In this document: piece by piece, positions 14,296-28,937 of the stretch
How the letters are laid out: each line of letters starts with the position of its first letter
Position numbering within the stretch: the first letter of the stretch is position 1
Origin: Octopus vulgaris
Lineage: Eukaryota
Direction of reading: 5' to 3'
Assembly: GCA_951406725.2 (NCBI GenBank)
Contig: OX597832.1
Span: 62,248,001-62,312,000 of the forward strand
Length of the DNA stretch: 64,000 nt
Notes under the pieces: generated by a model
What the model was told of the DNA's origin: nothing
The model's input: only the letters and a program-made list of their open reading frames with translations
The model's database searches: none
Position numbers and translations under genes: made by a program

Positions 14296-15432
14296 AAGTA
14301 TATATATGTATATTTGCAGAACTTCACAGAGTGCATGATGGATTCTAGGTCTTCAACCAGTAATGTCAACATTGGTGTCATATCTTCGTTTCATTTGGGA
14401 CAAGAATAAACACAAAAATAAATAATAAATAATAAGTGACTTTTATTTTCAACATGAAATACAGGAGATCAGAAAGGTTGAAAAGAAAATAAACCTGACG
14501 GATCGAAAAGGCTTAAGAAAAAAACAATAACAAAACGTATTGAATCCATGTGTTATATCTAGCAATGATGCTATATCCTAAGTTATCTCAGAGGGAACGC
14601 TAAAGCGATTTTGTTAATCTCTCGCTGGCGTTAGGTGTTAACTTAACCTTCCACCGATTCGCTGAAATAACTTAAATTTTTATTTACTCTCTGATCAGAG
14701 AAAGTTACCCTGTAATATCTTTGGAAAATAACATCCATATGGGATTTGATGCATCATATAAAACTTCTAAGCTGGCTTCGTGGGAAACGCTAAAAGATAT
14801 TTACTCTAGATTCCTGTTAATCAATTATTCAAACTTTATATAAAGGTTACTTGTATAGATCTCTATTGGTTATAAGAGGGCAGAGTTCAATTTTGGCTAG
14901 GCTCAAATCCTATGTGAGTAGTTTGATCAAAGAAGACTTATATCTAAATAAATGTTTACTAAGTCATTTGGATAATTATAAAACAATAACTTCGCATAAA
15001 TGAATGTAGTTAAGAGGATGTATATAGGATAGAAGTGGGGGATATTAGGAGGCTTGTTTATTTTTTATTTAGGATGATGAAAGAAATTCAACACTTACTA
15101 GTCTCGAAAAGATCGTTAATACTATACAAAATCTAGTGAATGAGGGTAGGAGATGATGCTCAGATAGAAAACGTACGATTTGCTGTTTGCAGTGAACATG
15201 ACTTTAGTCGAGGTCTTAGGATTAACGTCATATTTAATCTTTTAATCCTATGAGGTAAGTGAAATATTAAGTATTTGTAAGAAAGGACAATTGGAGAAAG
15301 TATAGAAGTGTGAAGGCTGGAATACTTCTCAGGAAGAAAGAAACTGACAAATCAAAGAATCTATGATTTGCAGTAACAAAAATAATGATAATCTCCGTTA
15401 TAAGTTTTAGTGTGTCAGTATTAATCGCCATT

Positions 15433-15885
15433 AAGGCGGCGAGCGAGCAGAAAAGTTAGCACGCCGGGAGAAATGCTTAGCGGTATTTCGTCTGCCGTAA
15501 CGTTCTGAGTTCAAATTCCGCTGAGGTCGACTTTACCTTTCGTCCTTTCGGGGTCATAAATTAAGTACCAGTGACGCATTGGGGTCGATATAATCGACTT
15601 AATCCGTTTGTGTGTCCTTGTGGGCAATAAAGAAATAAGAAACGTTAGCACGCCGGGTGAAATGCTTAGGGGTATTTCGTCTACCGTTACGTTCTGAGTT
15701 CAAATTCCGCCGAATTCCACTGTGGTCGATGTAATCGACTTAATCAGTTTGTCTCTCCTTGTTTGTCTCCTCTATGTTTAGCCCCTTGTGGACAATAGAG
15801 AAATAAGAAACGTTAGCACGCCGGGCGAAATGATTAGCAGTATTTCTTCTGTCTTTGTGTTTTGAGTTCAAATTCCGCCGAGGTG
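15433..15885 (+). mobile_element. Nested or tandem family-B SINEs (three head segments)
   Basis: GTTAGCACGCCGGG recurs at about 15455, 15644 and 15812; the second and third follow the tail ...GAAATAAGAAAC. Confidence 0.9.
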
Positions 15886-16254
15886 ACTTAATCACCATCG
15901 CCACCACCCACACCAACACTACTATCATCATCGTTGCCATCTTATCCATTCCCCTCGTCATCATCCTAATCATCATTCCCACGACCAACATAGTCATCAT
16001 CACTGACATCATCATCAGCATCAGCATCATCGCCATCACCGTTGTCGTAGCGTATTGTTGCCTTCTTTGATATTGGTTCTAACATTATTAGTTCCATCAA
16101 CTGGTGATGAGATTAATAAATGGCTCGACACAATAACAGATTAATAACTTTCACCTTCAACAATATATCAATATATACATACTTGTATATAAACATACAT
16201 ATATACATACGCATGTGTGTGTGTATACGTGTATAACATATATACGTATCTAGC

Positions 16255-16428
16255 CACTAAACCTTCTTCTTTCTCTCCCTGTTTATTTTCGTGTTCCTTT
16301 CTATCAAAGAGCGTAGGCTCGAAACGTAAAAGACTTTTTCACTTCCCGAACGTTAAACTAATACATCTGTTTGTTATTGACACACCCATCTTCGTTTTTG
16401 CTATTTTTTATAATGTAAATTCTCACTG
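16255..16428 (+). mobile_element. Penelope-like terminal relic with degenerate minimal hammerhead motif (16297-16332)
   Basis: CTTT-CTATCAAA-GAGC GTAG GCTC-GAAACGTA-AAAG: stems I and II and the GAAAC-GUA end are present, the CUGANGA box is decayed; ends in a TA tract. Confidence 0.6.
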
Positions 16429-17188
16429 TATATATATAATATCAGGAAATAAGACGATATAACTAGATAAAATCAAAATTAATTTAAATAAAAAAAACAG
16501 TATTGTTGTAAACAGCAAATAACCTATTTGTGCATTTACAATAAGGAAATACGTATTCAAGTAAATTTTAATATCATGATTAGCGAAAGCCTTGAGTATC
16601 ATTCGAACCCCGAATCCAACATCCTATATCTACCACAAATGCTACTGAAACAAACACATCCAATCTATTTTAGTTGCAATTTCTGTCACAAAACCATCGT
16701 CCATTTAGTATTATATACCGTAGTGTGCCTTGTTTGTTGATTTTCCCTGATTTATATTTGTTTAATTATTTCTCTTAATATTAATCAATATTTTAGATTA
16801 TCTTAGGAATTGAAGTTCAGCCAATGTTTACACCGCTAATTAAAATAATTTTATGACTTTTATCATTTCGTGAAAAGCGTTGCGATTTTTAAATAGACGC
16901 ACACATACACACAACACACACACACTCACACACATGTACTCACGCACACACGCGCACACTCTCTCGCACACTCACTCGCACATCCATCTTCATATATGTA
17001 TCCCGCTAGCTATCTCTCTTCAGCTCTCTCTGTCTCTCTCTGTCTCTTTCTCTTTCTCTTTCACTCCCACTCTCATACACATGTATCCATATATGTGTAC
17101 ACACACACACACAAGCACCTAGCTTAGGAAAAGTGATGTGTCTATAGATATGGATTTATATATATATATCCATATATATCGATATGTA

Positions 17189-17232
<44 letters not shown>

Positions 17233-18470
17233 TGTATATAAGCATATGCTTACACGAACACAAGTGCGTGTGTGTGTTTGAATATGCTGTTACGTTACGA
17301 GACCGGTATCGAAGGACCTGCAACCCTTTTTTCCATTTATATACAGTCCTTAAAATGAAATTCTCGCAATCCTTCAATTCAATCATCTCAGAATAATAAG
17401 GGGAAACCAACCCTCAGACCTTAATAAGGGGAAACCAACCCTCAGTAAGAATATGAATCCGGTTGGCTTCTTTCCCCCCGCTTTGCGAAGTACATAAGTT
17501 CTGAGAGCAGTGTGGTTCGAGTAAAGGTCAACGTGAATAAATGCCAGTGACGTAAATTTGATTTGGATGAGGATGGATCCAGGCTCGCCAGGGTGATTTC
17601 TGCGTATTGTGTCATATGCAGCGTTAGGCGAGGAAACTGCAACGGCTTGTTCTCAGCCTAAGTCATATCAGAATCCGTGCATTTTTACCCAGGCCTCATG
17701 TACCTCACCTTCTATAAATTAATACAAGAAGGACGACAGGATGTTGCATTTCTATACACGTTTCTGTAATAATATAATAATATTATAACGAATTAATACT
17801 ATTTTATAATAGTCCTTTCTAATATAGGCACAAGGTCTGAAATTTTGGAGGAGAGGACTAGCCGATTGCATCGACCCCAGTATTTCACTGGTACTTAATT
17901 TATCGAACCCGAAAGAATGAAAGGCAAATTAAAACTCGGCTGAATTTTAACTCAGAGCGTAGGGGTAGGTCAAATACTGCTAAGTACGTCGTTGGACCCC
18001 TAGTCTTTCTTTAGACATCACGCTGTTGTATCACGTTTGAAAACGCAGATAGAACAGCGCGATTTCGTTTCCCTCCAATGACGTAGCCAAGTTCTTCCTC
18101 TTTGGCAAATGCATATGCTGTTCAGAGGGCGAGATTGGCATCGTGGAAAGACTTTTTAACTTCAAAATCCTTCAGGCATGGGCTCTCCTTGATTTCTTCG
18201 TTTTTATCATCTCTATTAAGTGTTGCATTCTACGGCTTTCCGTAACTAAGAACGGCCAGAAAATCATTGAGATATTCCGGGTCAGCTGCAAAGTCCCGGA
18301 AGGCCTGTTGCAAGAGGCGAACATTGTTGCTACATGTGCGTACGTGTGCATGAAAGTTTAGGTCCCTAGAGAATCTTAAAAAGCAACACCCGATCTGCTC
18401 ATGCTTAAGGGACCTGTCAAGGGATGATATTGCTCGAAATTGATGTGCAGCAATAATGTCTGTCTGTCAG

Positions 18471-18552
<82 letters not shown>

Positions 18553-18827
18553 AATATATATATATACGTATATATTTAAAATTAAAATTAAAATAATGGT
18601 GCAAAAATTAGATATTAATTTGATAACATCAATTTAATACCAATATTCTAGCATATTAAAAAAACTGAGGTTCAGTAAATAGTATTACATACATATAAGA
18701 GGGATTAACACATATGTGGACACCCTAATGCTAGAAGTAGATCCGCTATGGTCTTACCACTAAGAATTGTTCTCTAGAAAATTTGCTAGCCACTGGGACA
18801 TTGCGCCTCCAAACACACACATACACG

Positions 18828-18943
<116 letters not shown>

Positions 18944-19404
18944 GCGTGTTCGGGTGTTTCTCATTCTTGCATTTCTTATTATGAATTATAAACAATCGAT
19001 ATTATTTAGGTAGATAAAGCTCCTGTTTGCTGAGCGAGAAAAGAAAGAAAAGTAGTGATTGAATTGCTTTCCTGTTCTTTTTGGGGAGAGTTGTGAAGAA
19101 AGGGATGGCCCACGAGAAGCATTTTGTTTTTCTTTGCCTGCTTTCACTCATTGCAAGTGAGAGAGTTTTATTATTCTCGTCGAGAAGGAAGCGCCAGGAA
19201 TAATAGACAAACAAACGAATAAGGAGGTAAAGAGAGAAAAAGACAGAGTAAAGCCAGTTTTTCACTGCTTGCCTTCGAGCCTGCAGGTTGGCGGTCATCA
19301 TACAGCACATTCATTCACAAGGCTTTGGTTGGCTCAAGGCTGTAGCAGAAGACACCTGCCCTAAGTACCACGCCGACGGAGTGAACCCGGAACCATGGGG
19401 TTGT

Positions 19405-19652
19405 GAAGCAAACTCCTTACCACACGGCCACGTTGGCTTTTTCGAAAGATTTAACCCATGGAGAATATTCTTGAGCCATCTTTAAGATCCGAATTCAGTC
19501 ATGTGACCCCGGAGGTTTCTTATCGAAAGAAGCAACCAGCAAAGAAACCTCCGGGATCACATGACTGAATTCGGATCTTAAGGATGGCTGAAGAATACTG
19601 GGATAAATCTATTTAAAAAGACGGCGTGGCTGTGTGGTAAGAATTTTGCTTC
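19405..19652. repeat. About 250-bp fold-back inverted repeat that includes family-A SINE heads
   Basis: Arms 19405-19521 and 19542-19652 with a 20-nt loop; the inner 56 nt pair with 3 mismatches. Confidence 0.95.
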
Positions 19653-21775
19653 CTAAGTAAAGTTTTCATCTATTTATCGAAGCCAATACTTTAAAATTTA
19701 AAAAAGGTTACGTAAAAAGGGAAATTAACACATAATTTTTTTCTTAGAATAAAGCTTCGATTCATTTATAAAGATTATATTCCAGAGTCATTTTCCACGC
19801 TTTTATTCCCTCCAGGATGGCAAAAGAGTCAGTTAGCTCAGTTTCCTTTCTACGCTCAAGAAGTTTGCAACAAGAAGCTTCGTAGATATGAAGAAGTTTG
19901 TCATTCTTGGAAAATAGAAGCTAAAATTTTAAATAAGAATCAAAATAGAAATGGGCAGCAAGGAATTATTATTACACACACACACGCACATGTATATATT
20001 TGTGAATGAATTTATTCATATATGTATAGAGTGATGGAGGAGGTGCAAGTAACATGAGCAAGGTTTGGTGTTGAAAGTTTTAAACATATGCTATGTATAT
20101 ATGCGGTTTACTGGTGCATGAGATTGTACCTAGTGCAATGTGTATGCATGTGTATCTTACTCTGTGTGTGTGTATATTATGTATATTTCCTTTATCTGTC
20201 TATATATGTATAACGGCTAACTTGTGTACGTCAATCTAGAGAGGTATCTAACTTCACTCTTTATGAAACCAAATATATTAAACTGTAAGAATCCTCATTA
20301 AGAAAATAAAGGGGTCTTCAGACATTCATACACGGGGTTTACCGGGTAAAGAAACAAAATCTCTGTTGTATCTGTATTGTGTAAGAAAGCTGGAAAAGGA
20401 GTAACTCAGAACGATTCCGTTTGTTAGACATATTCCAATTAAAATGTGACTTCGTCTGTAGGGTCGTCTGGCATTGCATTACATTCCGACGTACATCGGT
20501 TTCGCAAAGTAATTTTATGATTCTTTTCTTTTGTTTTTTTTTTGTTTGTACTCTCTGCGAACTGTGCTAATGGTTCTGGTTTGTACTACAGGAAAAAGGA
20601 GGTGCTTGGGTGTCGTGTCTGACAAAAGGAAATAGGGCGGTGCTGGTTTCGATAGCAGGGTGTACGGTGCTTGATAATTAGCTGTAGATATCAGCTGGTG
20701 AAAGAATCGAAGAATTCGCATAGATTCCTAGATGTGTGTGTGCCTGTGTGTGTGTGTGTGTGTGTGTGTATGTTTGAATTTATTTACGTGTATGTGTATG
20801 TTACAGTGAAAAACATGGAATTTTGCATCATAAAAATTTAAAAACCGTCACTCTCTCTCTCTCTATTACACACATACACATACACACACATACGCATACA
20901 CACACACACACACACACACCACTTATATACCACAGAGTTGAAACGAAATTGCGACCTCGTAGCTACGAGGGTCTCATTGAAGAAGCATTGGGTCCCATTC
21001 TTGTGTCCATTCTTGGGTCCCATTCAAGGAGCATTAATCCTATCGCGAAAAAAAGGCATCAACAGCAGATATGACGTTATCATCACTGGTTCACAATGAC
21101 TGAATCAAGTATAGGATATAAAATATATAAATATAATAAAAGGCTGTTGTACTGCAAGATTGTGGAGCGAACGGCATCTTCTGTTCTTCAGCAAAACATT
21201 GGATTTCACGTTGGTCTGTGATCACTTCTGCATTTGACACGTGTCACACGGTATACCTGGGTGACCAATAAATACTTCTAAAAACATTCTCTTGTGAAAC
21301 CTGAAACACAACAAAAACAACTTTCTATGCCAAGGAATTCTATGACCTGAATCTGTCAAATCTGAATAGAAGACATTTGTGCAGAAATTACTCTGCTATA
21401 TCTATTAGTTGAACGTTCATCACTTTGCAGACCTAGGAAGGTCGAGATCACGAGATCAGGTGGTATCAGGGCTGGAGTTGGTAAGGATATATCTACCCGC
21501 TAGAGATGTTAACAAGCGTGCATTTTGCAGCATATATATATATATGAACGACAGGCTTCTTTCAGTTTCCATCTACCAAATCCACTCACAAGGCTTTAGT
21601 CGGCCAGAGGCTATAGTAGAAGACACTCACCCAAGGTGCCACTCAGTGTGACTGAACCCGGAACCATGTGGTCGGGACGTAATCTTCTTATCACACACTC
21701 ACACCTGTGCTTATTAAATTGACTTCTATATGTCAATTTCTCCATTTTCTCAATATACTCAATATACATACATAC

Positions 21776-22160
<385 letters not shown>

Positions 22161-22404
22161 ATGTATAATGGAGAAATTGACATATAGACATCAATTTAAT
22201 GAAACAAATCCAATTTCGAATAATATAGAAGTCGTAGAACCTGCAATTTCCAACACATTAACACACGCATGCGCAGTGATTCATTAAAATACAATTGCAT
22301 ATATTCAAGTGATAGTCTTTTGTAGAATACATTAAAATGCATAAACGCCCATAACTGAATTTAATGCTGAGTTTACCAATGATACATCAACATATTGGCA
22401 TATA

Positions 22405-22615
22405 CAGTTGCGGCCAAACTGTTCAGAACGGCATTGTTTTCGTCAGAAAAGTAGGTATAAGTTTTTATCAAAGTTGTTTTATATTCTATAATTTTCACAG
22501 ACAATAAATACAATATTATTTGTTATTGTCTGAGATTTTGGTGTAATTTGAGAGGATAATACAAAAGTTATGGATGATTTAGTGATTTACTGCAAAACCC
22601 ATGGCGGCCAAAATG
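22405..22615 (+). mobile_element. Tc1-like transposon end (IR/DR-type terminal repeat)
   Basis: TA followed by CAGTTGCGGCCAAA; GCGGCCAAA is repeated about 200 bp inside; no partner end seen. Confidence 0.6.
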
Positions 22616-23626
22616 ATAAATAAATAGATAGATAGACAGACATAGATAAGTGTGTGTATACAGGTATAAATACTTGTTATATTTGCAGGAGCAAATGTAA
22701 AGCTGGGTATGTGGAGCCAAGAACTTAACTGGTGCTTATTTTTATCAACTCACCCCACTCGAACCCGAAAGACTAAAAATTCAAAAGTCACCGTGGGCGG
22801 ATAACCGCTGACATATAACGTCACAAACTTGTTATAACCAAACTCATCTCACCAAGATTCAGGTCAGTTAATGGCCGGTGTAGTGAGGTTGAGGGAGGGG
22901 CGGATTTGGAGAAAACGAAAGAAAACGAAAAGATAACGAAGGAAAAGAAAAGGTGATGTATTCGCAGATAAAAATTTTCACTTTTTTGAAAATCTCGCCT
23001 CGTAAACATTGTTATATTTTTTCTCATGACTACTATGTCTTTCTTTCTTTCTTTCTTTCCTTCTTTCCTTCCTACTATTTTTCCTTCTCGTTCCTTCTCT
23101 TCTTGCACCTTTCGTATAATTGTGCGCTTTTTTTTTCGTATCTATTGCTTTTCGTCTTATGTACATCCGCCGCAGTCACAGACCGTGCTTCAATATTCTT
23201 CTATGTTCGTGTTTTTGTTTTATTTTGTTTCCTTGTTGTTGTTGTTGTTTTTTTTTTGCTTGCTTGTTTGTTTGTTTTTTCAGTCTGACGCGAGTGATAT
23301 TCGTAGTAACGCATGAAGACAGGTTTTTCGAAAAAGAGCTGCAGGAAACAAAAAAGAACCAAATATATATATATATATATATATATATGAAGAGACAAAA
23401 CAAGAACGAGAGCGAGAGGTGGTGCGGCGGGGTGAGAGAAAGATAAAGAGAAAGTGAGAAGCAATAGAAATGGAATCACACAACGACAACAATAAGCACA
23501 AGAATAACAACAACAACAAACAACAACAAACGACAACATGAATATGAAATAAGAGACAAGAACGAGAAAAAATAATTAAGACAAGTAGTCGTATACTCAT
23601 GTGTCAGCACTTGCAAATATACCCGT

Positions 23627-23666
<40 letters not shown>

Positions 23667-24453
23667 ACATACACACACACACACGCATCATAATTGACTT
23701 TCTTTGTCTGTCACTCTCTATATCGGCATCTCATTCTCTCTCTCTCTCACATATATAAGCAATAGACTTATAAACACATAAATGTGTACATGTGTATATG
23801 TGAGTGTGTACATCTATACACACTCTCATACATGATACATATATCCATGTGTAAGTGTGTATGTGTAAATATATATATATATATATACATATGTATATGT
23901 ATATATATACACCCATATATGTGTGTGTATGTATTTTTATACACATACATGCATGATCACTTGTATATACCAGTACATAGAACATACATAATTGCCGCTA
24001 ATTTAATTACGCGTCTGCTATTGTCTTCAATGCTGTAGGCCCCGCGCTGATTTCTCCACTGTTTCCAACCTGTTATGTTCAATTAATACCAGCATCACAG
24101 TCTTTGCACCTTTTTTGTCTTGGTATTGTGTATATATCCCTGTGTGTGTTTGTGTGTGCGTAGGCATTTATATATTACTGCTCTTTACTACCATTTGGTA
24201 TCGCAATTGCTATCTATTCGCTTGTTTATGCTCTTGTTTATATCTGTAACTAACACTAATATTTCTTATTATCAATAATTATATCATTATATATATATAC
24301 ATACATATATACATATATATGCGTATTTATATACATACAAATATATATATATATATTTATATATATATATATATATTACATATATATAATATATACATAT
24401 ATACATATAAATAAATATACATATATATATATGAATACATATATACATATTTT

Positions 24454-24485
<32 letters not shown>

Positions 24486-24640
24486 CATAATTACATGAAT
24501 ATATATATATATATGTATATATGTATACATTTATTTATTATTTATATATATACATATATAAATATATACATATATATTCATATATAAATATATGCATATA
24601 TGTATATATATACATATATATATATATACATTAAATATAT

Positions 24641-24719
<79 letters not shown>

Positions 24720-25516
24720 TTCATACATATATGTACACATACATGTATATATATATGTGCATATATATATACATATATATATGTGTGTATATATACATAC
24801 ATATGTGCTCATTATTGTCAATATTGTCGGTATTATTTTTAGCTAATCAGATACATATTCATTCATTTTAATCTATTAAAATAATATGTCTTCAATGAAT
24901 TTATTTGTGTATCTTTTTAACATGCTGGAAATGTAAATCTTGCGTTGACGTGGCTAAAGATAACTACTGTCAAACATACATTCCAAAATTGTTCTGACAA
25001 GAAGAATTCGTTGCACTTTGTCTATACAAGCAATCTTTTAACTTACAGCGGACTGCCTGTTCGGATTACAACGGAAACCGTAATTCAAGACGGCTTTGCT
25101 GATTCTGTCATCCACAATTTAATTAACATTTCTCGACGAAAGCAATACCAGCGCTTAAAGTACTAACGAATCTGATGATGGTGTTCTGGTCTTGAGTGTA
25201 GCTTCCAAACGTAGGATGACGACATAGACGGATAGAATGGATATATATTCGGAACTGGCTGTTATAGGTATTTATAGCAAAGCGATGGAAACGATATTTA
25301 AATGGTCCGTATTTCGCCAATTCTCATTATGTCCGCGCCGTGCACTTAAAAACTGGTGTCACCAAGAAGTTTTTCTGGTTTACCTCCGCTTCATTGTCCT
25401 TTCCCGCATCTTGTGTGTCCATGTATATACACACACAATTCACAAATAAAGGAATTATATCCACCAATGTGGTGGATATATATATATACATATAAAGATA
25501 TCTGTATGTATTTGCC

Positions 25517-25712
25517 ATGTGTACCGTTGGCGATATTTTTTCCTCTGTCTTCCCTTCTCTGGATCTTTCCTTCTCCTATGTTTCCGACGAAGAGCTCCGC
25601 TCGAAACGTTAAACCCTCCTTCTTCCCTTCTTTCCTGAGCGTCCAATAATACTATATTTGTTCCACGTCCTCGCGTTGTTGTGATTTTTTGTGTTTTCTT
25701 GTTTGGATTAAC
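25517..25712 (+). mobile_element. Penelope-like terminal relic carrying a hammerhead motif
   Basis: Near-identical to 61821-61948 (minus) and homologous to 35384-35519 (minus); ends in (TA)n. Confidence 0.75.
25580..25614 (+). ncRNA. Minimal type I hammerhead ribozyme motif (C4 variant)
   Basis: GUUU-CCGACGA-A-GAGC(UCC)GCUC-GAA-A(CG)U-U-AAAC; stem III is the ACGU palindrome. Confidence 0.7.
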
Positions 25713-26017
25713 TATATATATATGCGTCCTTGAGAACACGACACCGGTCTCCAGCAGACAAAAGGACAAGAAAGTACACAAAACTCACAAATAGGCAAAC
25801 AAGCACAAACACATATATGTCTGTATGTGTGTATGTATGTATATAAGTAAGCTTCCATCTACACAGTTCCCTCCTACCAATGTATACGATATTTTTTTTA
25901 TCTCGTGGCTCTATTGGAACGAACTTGCCTTACCTGCTACGAAGTACGATGGAAATAACATGGTTGGGAAGCGAACTCCATGACTGAGCAGCCCTACATA
26001 TGACGGATATATATGCA

Positions 26018-26074
<57 letters not shown>

Positions 26075-26076
<2 letters not shown>

Positions 26077-26552
26077 CTACACTAAGAAGATCGACGCAAT
26101 GCGACATATCACATACTGGGAGAGACTAAAGGAGTTATATCCCTACTCCCTTGAGCGAAGGCGGGAAAGATACGCTGCGAAGTACATCTGGAAAATCCTG
26201 GAAAAACTTGTACCAAATTTTGGGTTTTCATTTACACAGGCAGCAGGACGGAGCGCCACTGCATAGTACCAAATATCCCAACATTGCTATCAGGATACAG
26301 GACAAGATACTGCAACAACTTGGGCTTCAAAGGCCCACAAAACGTGAGAGATATCCATGGCGTGGATGTAGGCCTCTTCAAAACAAAAGTAGATCTTCAA
26401 TCAAGAGTTCCAGAAGAACTTACCCAAAAGTAAGAAACACAGATTAAGGAAGCAACTTCAAACGTCACATAACAGAGGAGGTTTAGTGAAAGCGTAGCAA
26501 ATTAAACAGCGGTGCCCTAGCATGGCCGCTGTCCTCGGACTGAGACTTAAAG

Positions 26553-26553
<1 letters not shown>
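26075..26553 (+). mobile_element. CR1-like LINE 3' fragment between TA tracts
   Basis: YWERLKELYPYSLERRRERYAAKYIWKILEKLVPN is a typical post-RT C-terminal motif of CR1-group LINEs; frameshifted downstream. Confidence 0.8.
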
Positions 26554-26608
<55 letters not shown>

Positions 26609-27334
26609 TGTGTGATAAGCTTTCAGCAAGAAGTATAACACTCGACCACCAAAGAGAGTAAATATTTTATTATAATATGAAGCAAAAGACTTGTGAAATA
26701 CATATGCGTGGGTGTGTATGCATTTGTGTACGTGTGTGCGTATCTGTGCGTGTGTGTGTGTGAGGGGATGCATGTCATTAATTTTTTTGTTTTATATTTT
26801 GTTTTTATAGCCGACGAATCATTATCCACTGAAAGAAATCGATGCAGCGAAAGTTATATATGGAATTAGCTTGGAATAATAAATTGGCGATATGATATTT
26901 TCTTTTAATTTGAACTTGAGAAATTGATAAGCGCCAGGGTGACGTGCAAGTTGGATACAATTCAGACTGTTGCTTTCACTTGTTGACGCAACGCAGCCTT
27001 ATGCCCAAAGATTTTTTTCGTTGTATTACGTCAATCTGCATGATTGCTGTGCAGCCAATGCTTTAGATATGAATGTGTCATCTTGTTTCTATATTTTTAC
27101 GTTTTTCTTTCTTTCCACTCTTTTCTTATGTCATTTTTCTTTTGCTGTATTTGAAATTTTGTTAGGTTGCAGTGACGTCTGTGTTCTTCATAAACTCGCT
27201 TTGCAACAATGGGGTTTCGGGTTCCGTCCCGCTGCGCAAAACATTTGGCAAATTTCTTCTTCTATATCCCCAGACCGACGAATGCCTTGCGAGATAAATT
27301 GGTAGAGGGAACCAGTGTGGAAACCTATTGTTTA

Positions 27335-27723
27335 TCTTTACCTGTTATGGTCATTATGCTGCGGTCATACTGGGTCACCGCCCTGAAAAATTATTTGTCG
27401 AACGAATCGGCACCAGTACTTCTTTATTATTTGTTAAACCTTGTACATATTCTATCGTTCTCTTGTGCCAAATCTCTACGGGGATATAAATAGAGCAACA
27501 CCGGTTGTCAAGCAGCTAGAGGGGACAAATACAGGCGCGAAGTTATACGAAAACATATATATGTATATACAAGGGCTTCTCTGTTTCCGTCTACCAAAAT
27601 CCACTCACAAGTCTTGGTCAACCCAGGGTTATAGTAGGAGAAACTGCCTGAAAGTGCCACGCAGTGGGACGGAACCTGGAACAATGTGGCTAGAAAGCAA
27701 ACTCCCGACCACACAGCCACCCA
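27335..27723 (-). mobile_element. Family-A SINE, diverged
   Basis: Homologous to 1887-2315. Other copies or fragments near 19305, 21550, 27190, 27800, 29365-29823, 45560, 46297, 54538, 61070. Confidence 0.85.
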
Positions 27724-28200
27724 TATATAAATATATGTATGTATGTGTGTATGTGTGTGAACATGTGTTGTGTGAGTGTGTGTGTGTGTGAATGTGTGTG
27801 TGTGTGTGCGTATGTGTGTGTGTCTTTGTGGTTGTGTTTGTTTTCCACTACCGCTTGAGAATGGGCGCTGGTTTGTTTACGTTCCCGTAACTCTCAACAT
27901 TTCTGTAAAAGCAACAGCTAGGATATGTACAAGACATGTAACAAGAAGAAGCAGAAATACAGCAGTCGATCAGTTCGAAATACTTCATGGCGCTGTTCCA
28001 GCATGGTCGCAGTCAAATAGAATACGTTATTTTCTTATTTTTGTTGAAATTATGGAGTTTTACATTTCGTACATTTTGGTGACAAGGAAAGAGAAAAGAA
28101 CAATTGAAAAAATTTGGAGGTGTGAAACTGTTGGATTCCTGTTTAAAATAACAATAAAGAAATAAAATTGAAAAACAAAAACAAGAAAAGAATATCAATA

Positions 28201-28773
28201 AAACAAGAGCACTCAGTGAGCGCAAACCTCCGCAAAGGCAACAGCAACGTCCTCTCAACAATTAGCCAGAGATGATGTTTTAAATGAGAATATCTCACAA
28301 ACGAGAATACTAAAAATGAACTTGACCGCTCAGAAAAATTACGTAGAAAAACCGGAAAATACTCCAGAATCCTTGACCGGTAACTGATCGATCAAGATGG
28401 TAGACATGGAATGTGAAAGTGACTGTACAAAAGTTAGTAACAGTAATAAGTAGATTATCCTTATCTAATACAAGCCAAAGTTAACAAATTTATCATTCAA
28501 AATAGTTACAGCCTAAAGGGAGATAACTGAGAAAGACCTGAAAGTTAACGTAAGATCGTAATCATGTAAAGTAAATATACCAAATAGTCCAGAATCCTTG
28601 TCCGGTACCAGATCGATCCCAAAATCTAATCAGTTTGTGCCAGTCACGAAGCCAAACATTCCTGAAAGTTTCATCCGAATCCATCCAGCGGTTCTTGAGA
28701 TATCTTGTCCACGGTCAAAGAAACAAACACCACTGAAAACAACACCTCCGCCTTAGCGAAGGCGGATATAAAA
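28201..28773 (-). mobile_element. Helentron-associated non-autonomous element (HINE/DINE-1-like)
   Basis: Terminal hairpin TCCGCCTTAGCGAAGGCGGA; subterminal ACCTCCGC at both ends; end hairpin GCACTCAGTGAGCGC; internal repeat TCCAGAATCCTTG(A/T)CCGGTA...GATCGATC; A/T-run flanks. Confidence 0.7.
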
Positions 28774-28896
28774 GCATTTAAAAACAATAAGATGATGACG
28801 AAGAACAATGAAATCTTGTGCATATTCAAAGCATTTGTTTCCGTTTCCTCCCCTTCTGTTTTCATGCGTTTACCCTCTCTCACACACACACACACA

Positions 28897-28937
<41 letters not shown>

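Noticed and set aside
17300-17345. Minus-strand AAGG...CCTTCGATACCGGTC, a possible decayed hammerhead
   Set aside because: No recognisable CUGANGA box or stem I.
17395-17445. 23-bp direct repeat AATAAGGGGAAACCAACCCTCAG
   Set aside because: A simple local duplication with two copies and a 5-nt gap; not a CRISPR array.
18020-18370. Possible minus-strand coding fragment
   Set aside because: Interrupted by stops, with no motif I can recognise.
25170-25218. CTGATGA...CAAACGTA hammerhead-like spacing
   Set aside because: G12 is missing and neither stem I nor stem II pairs.
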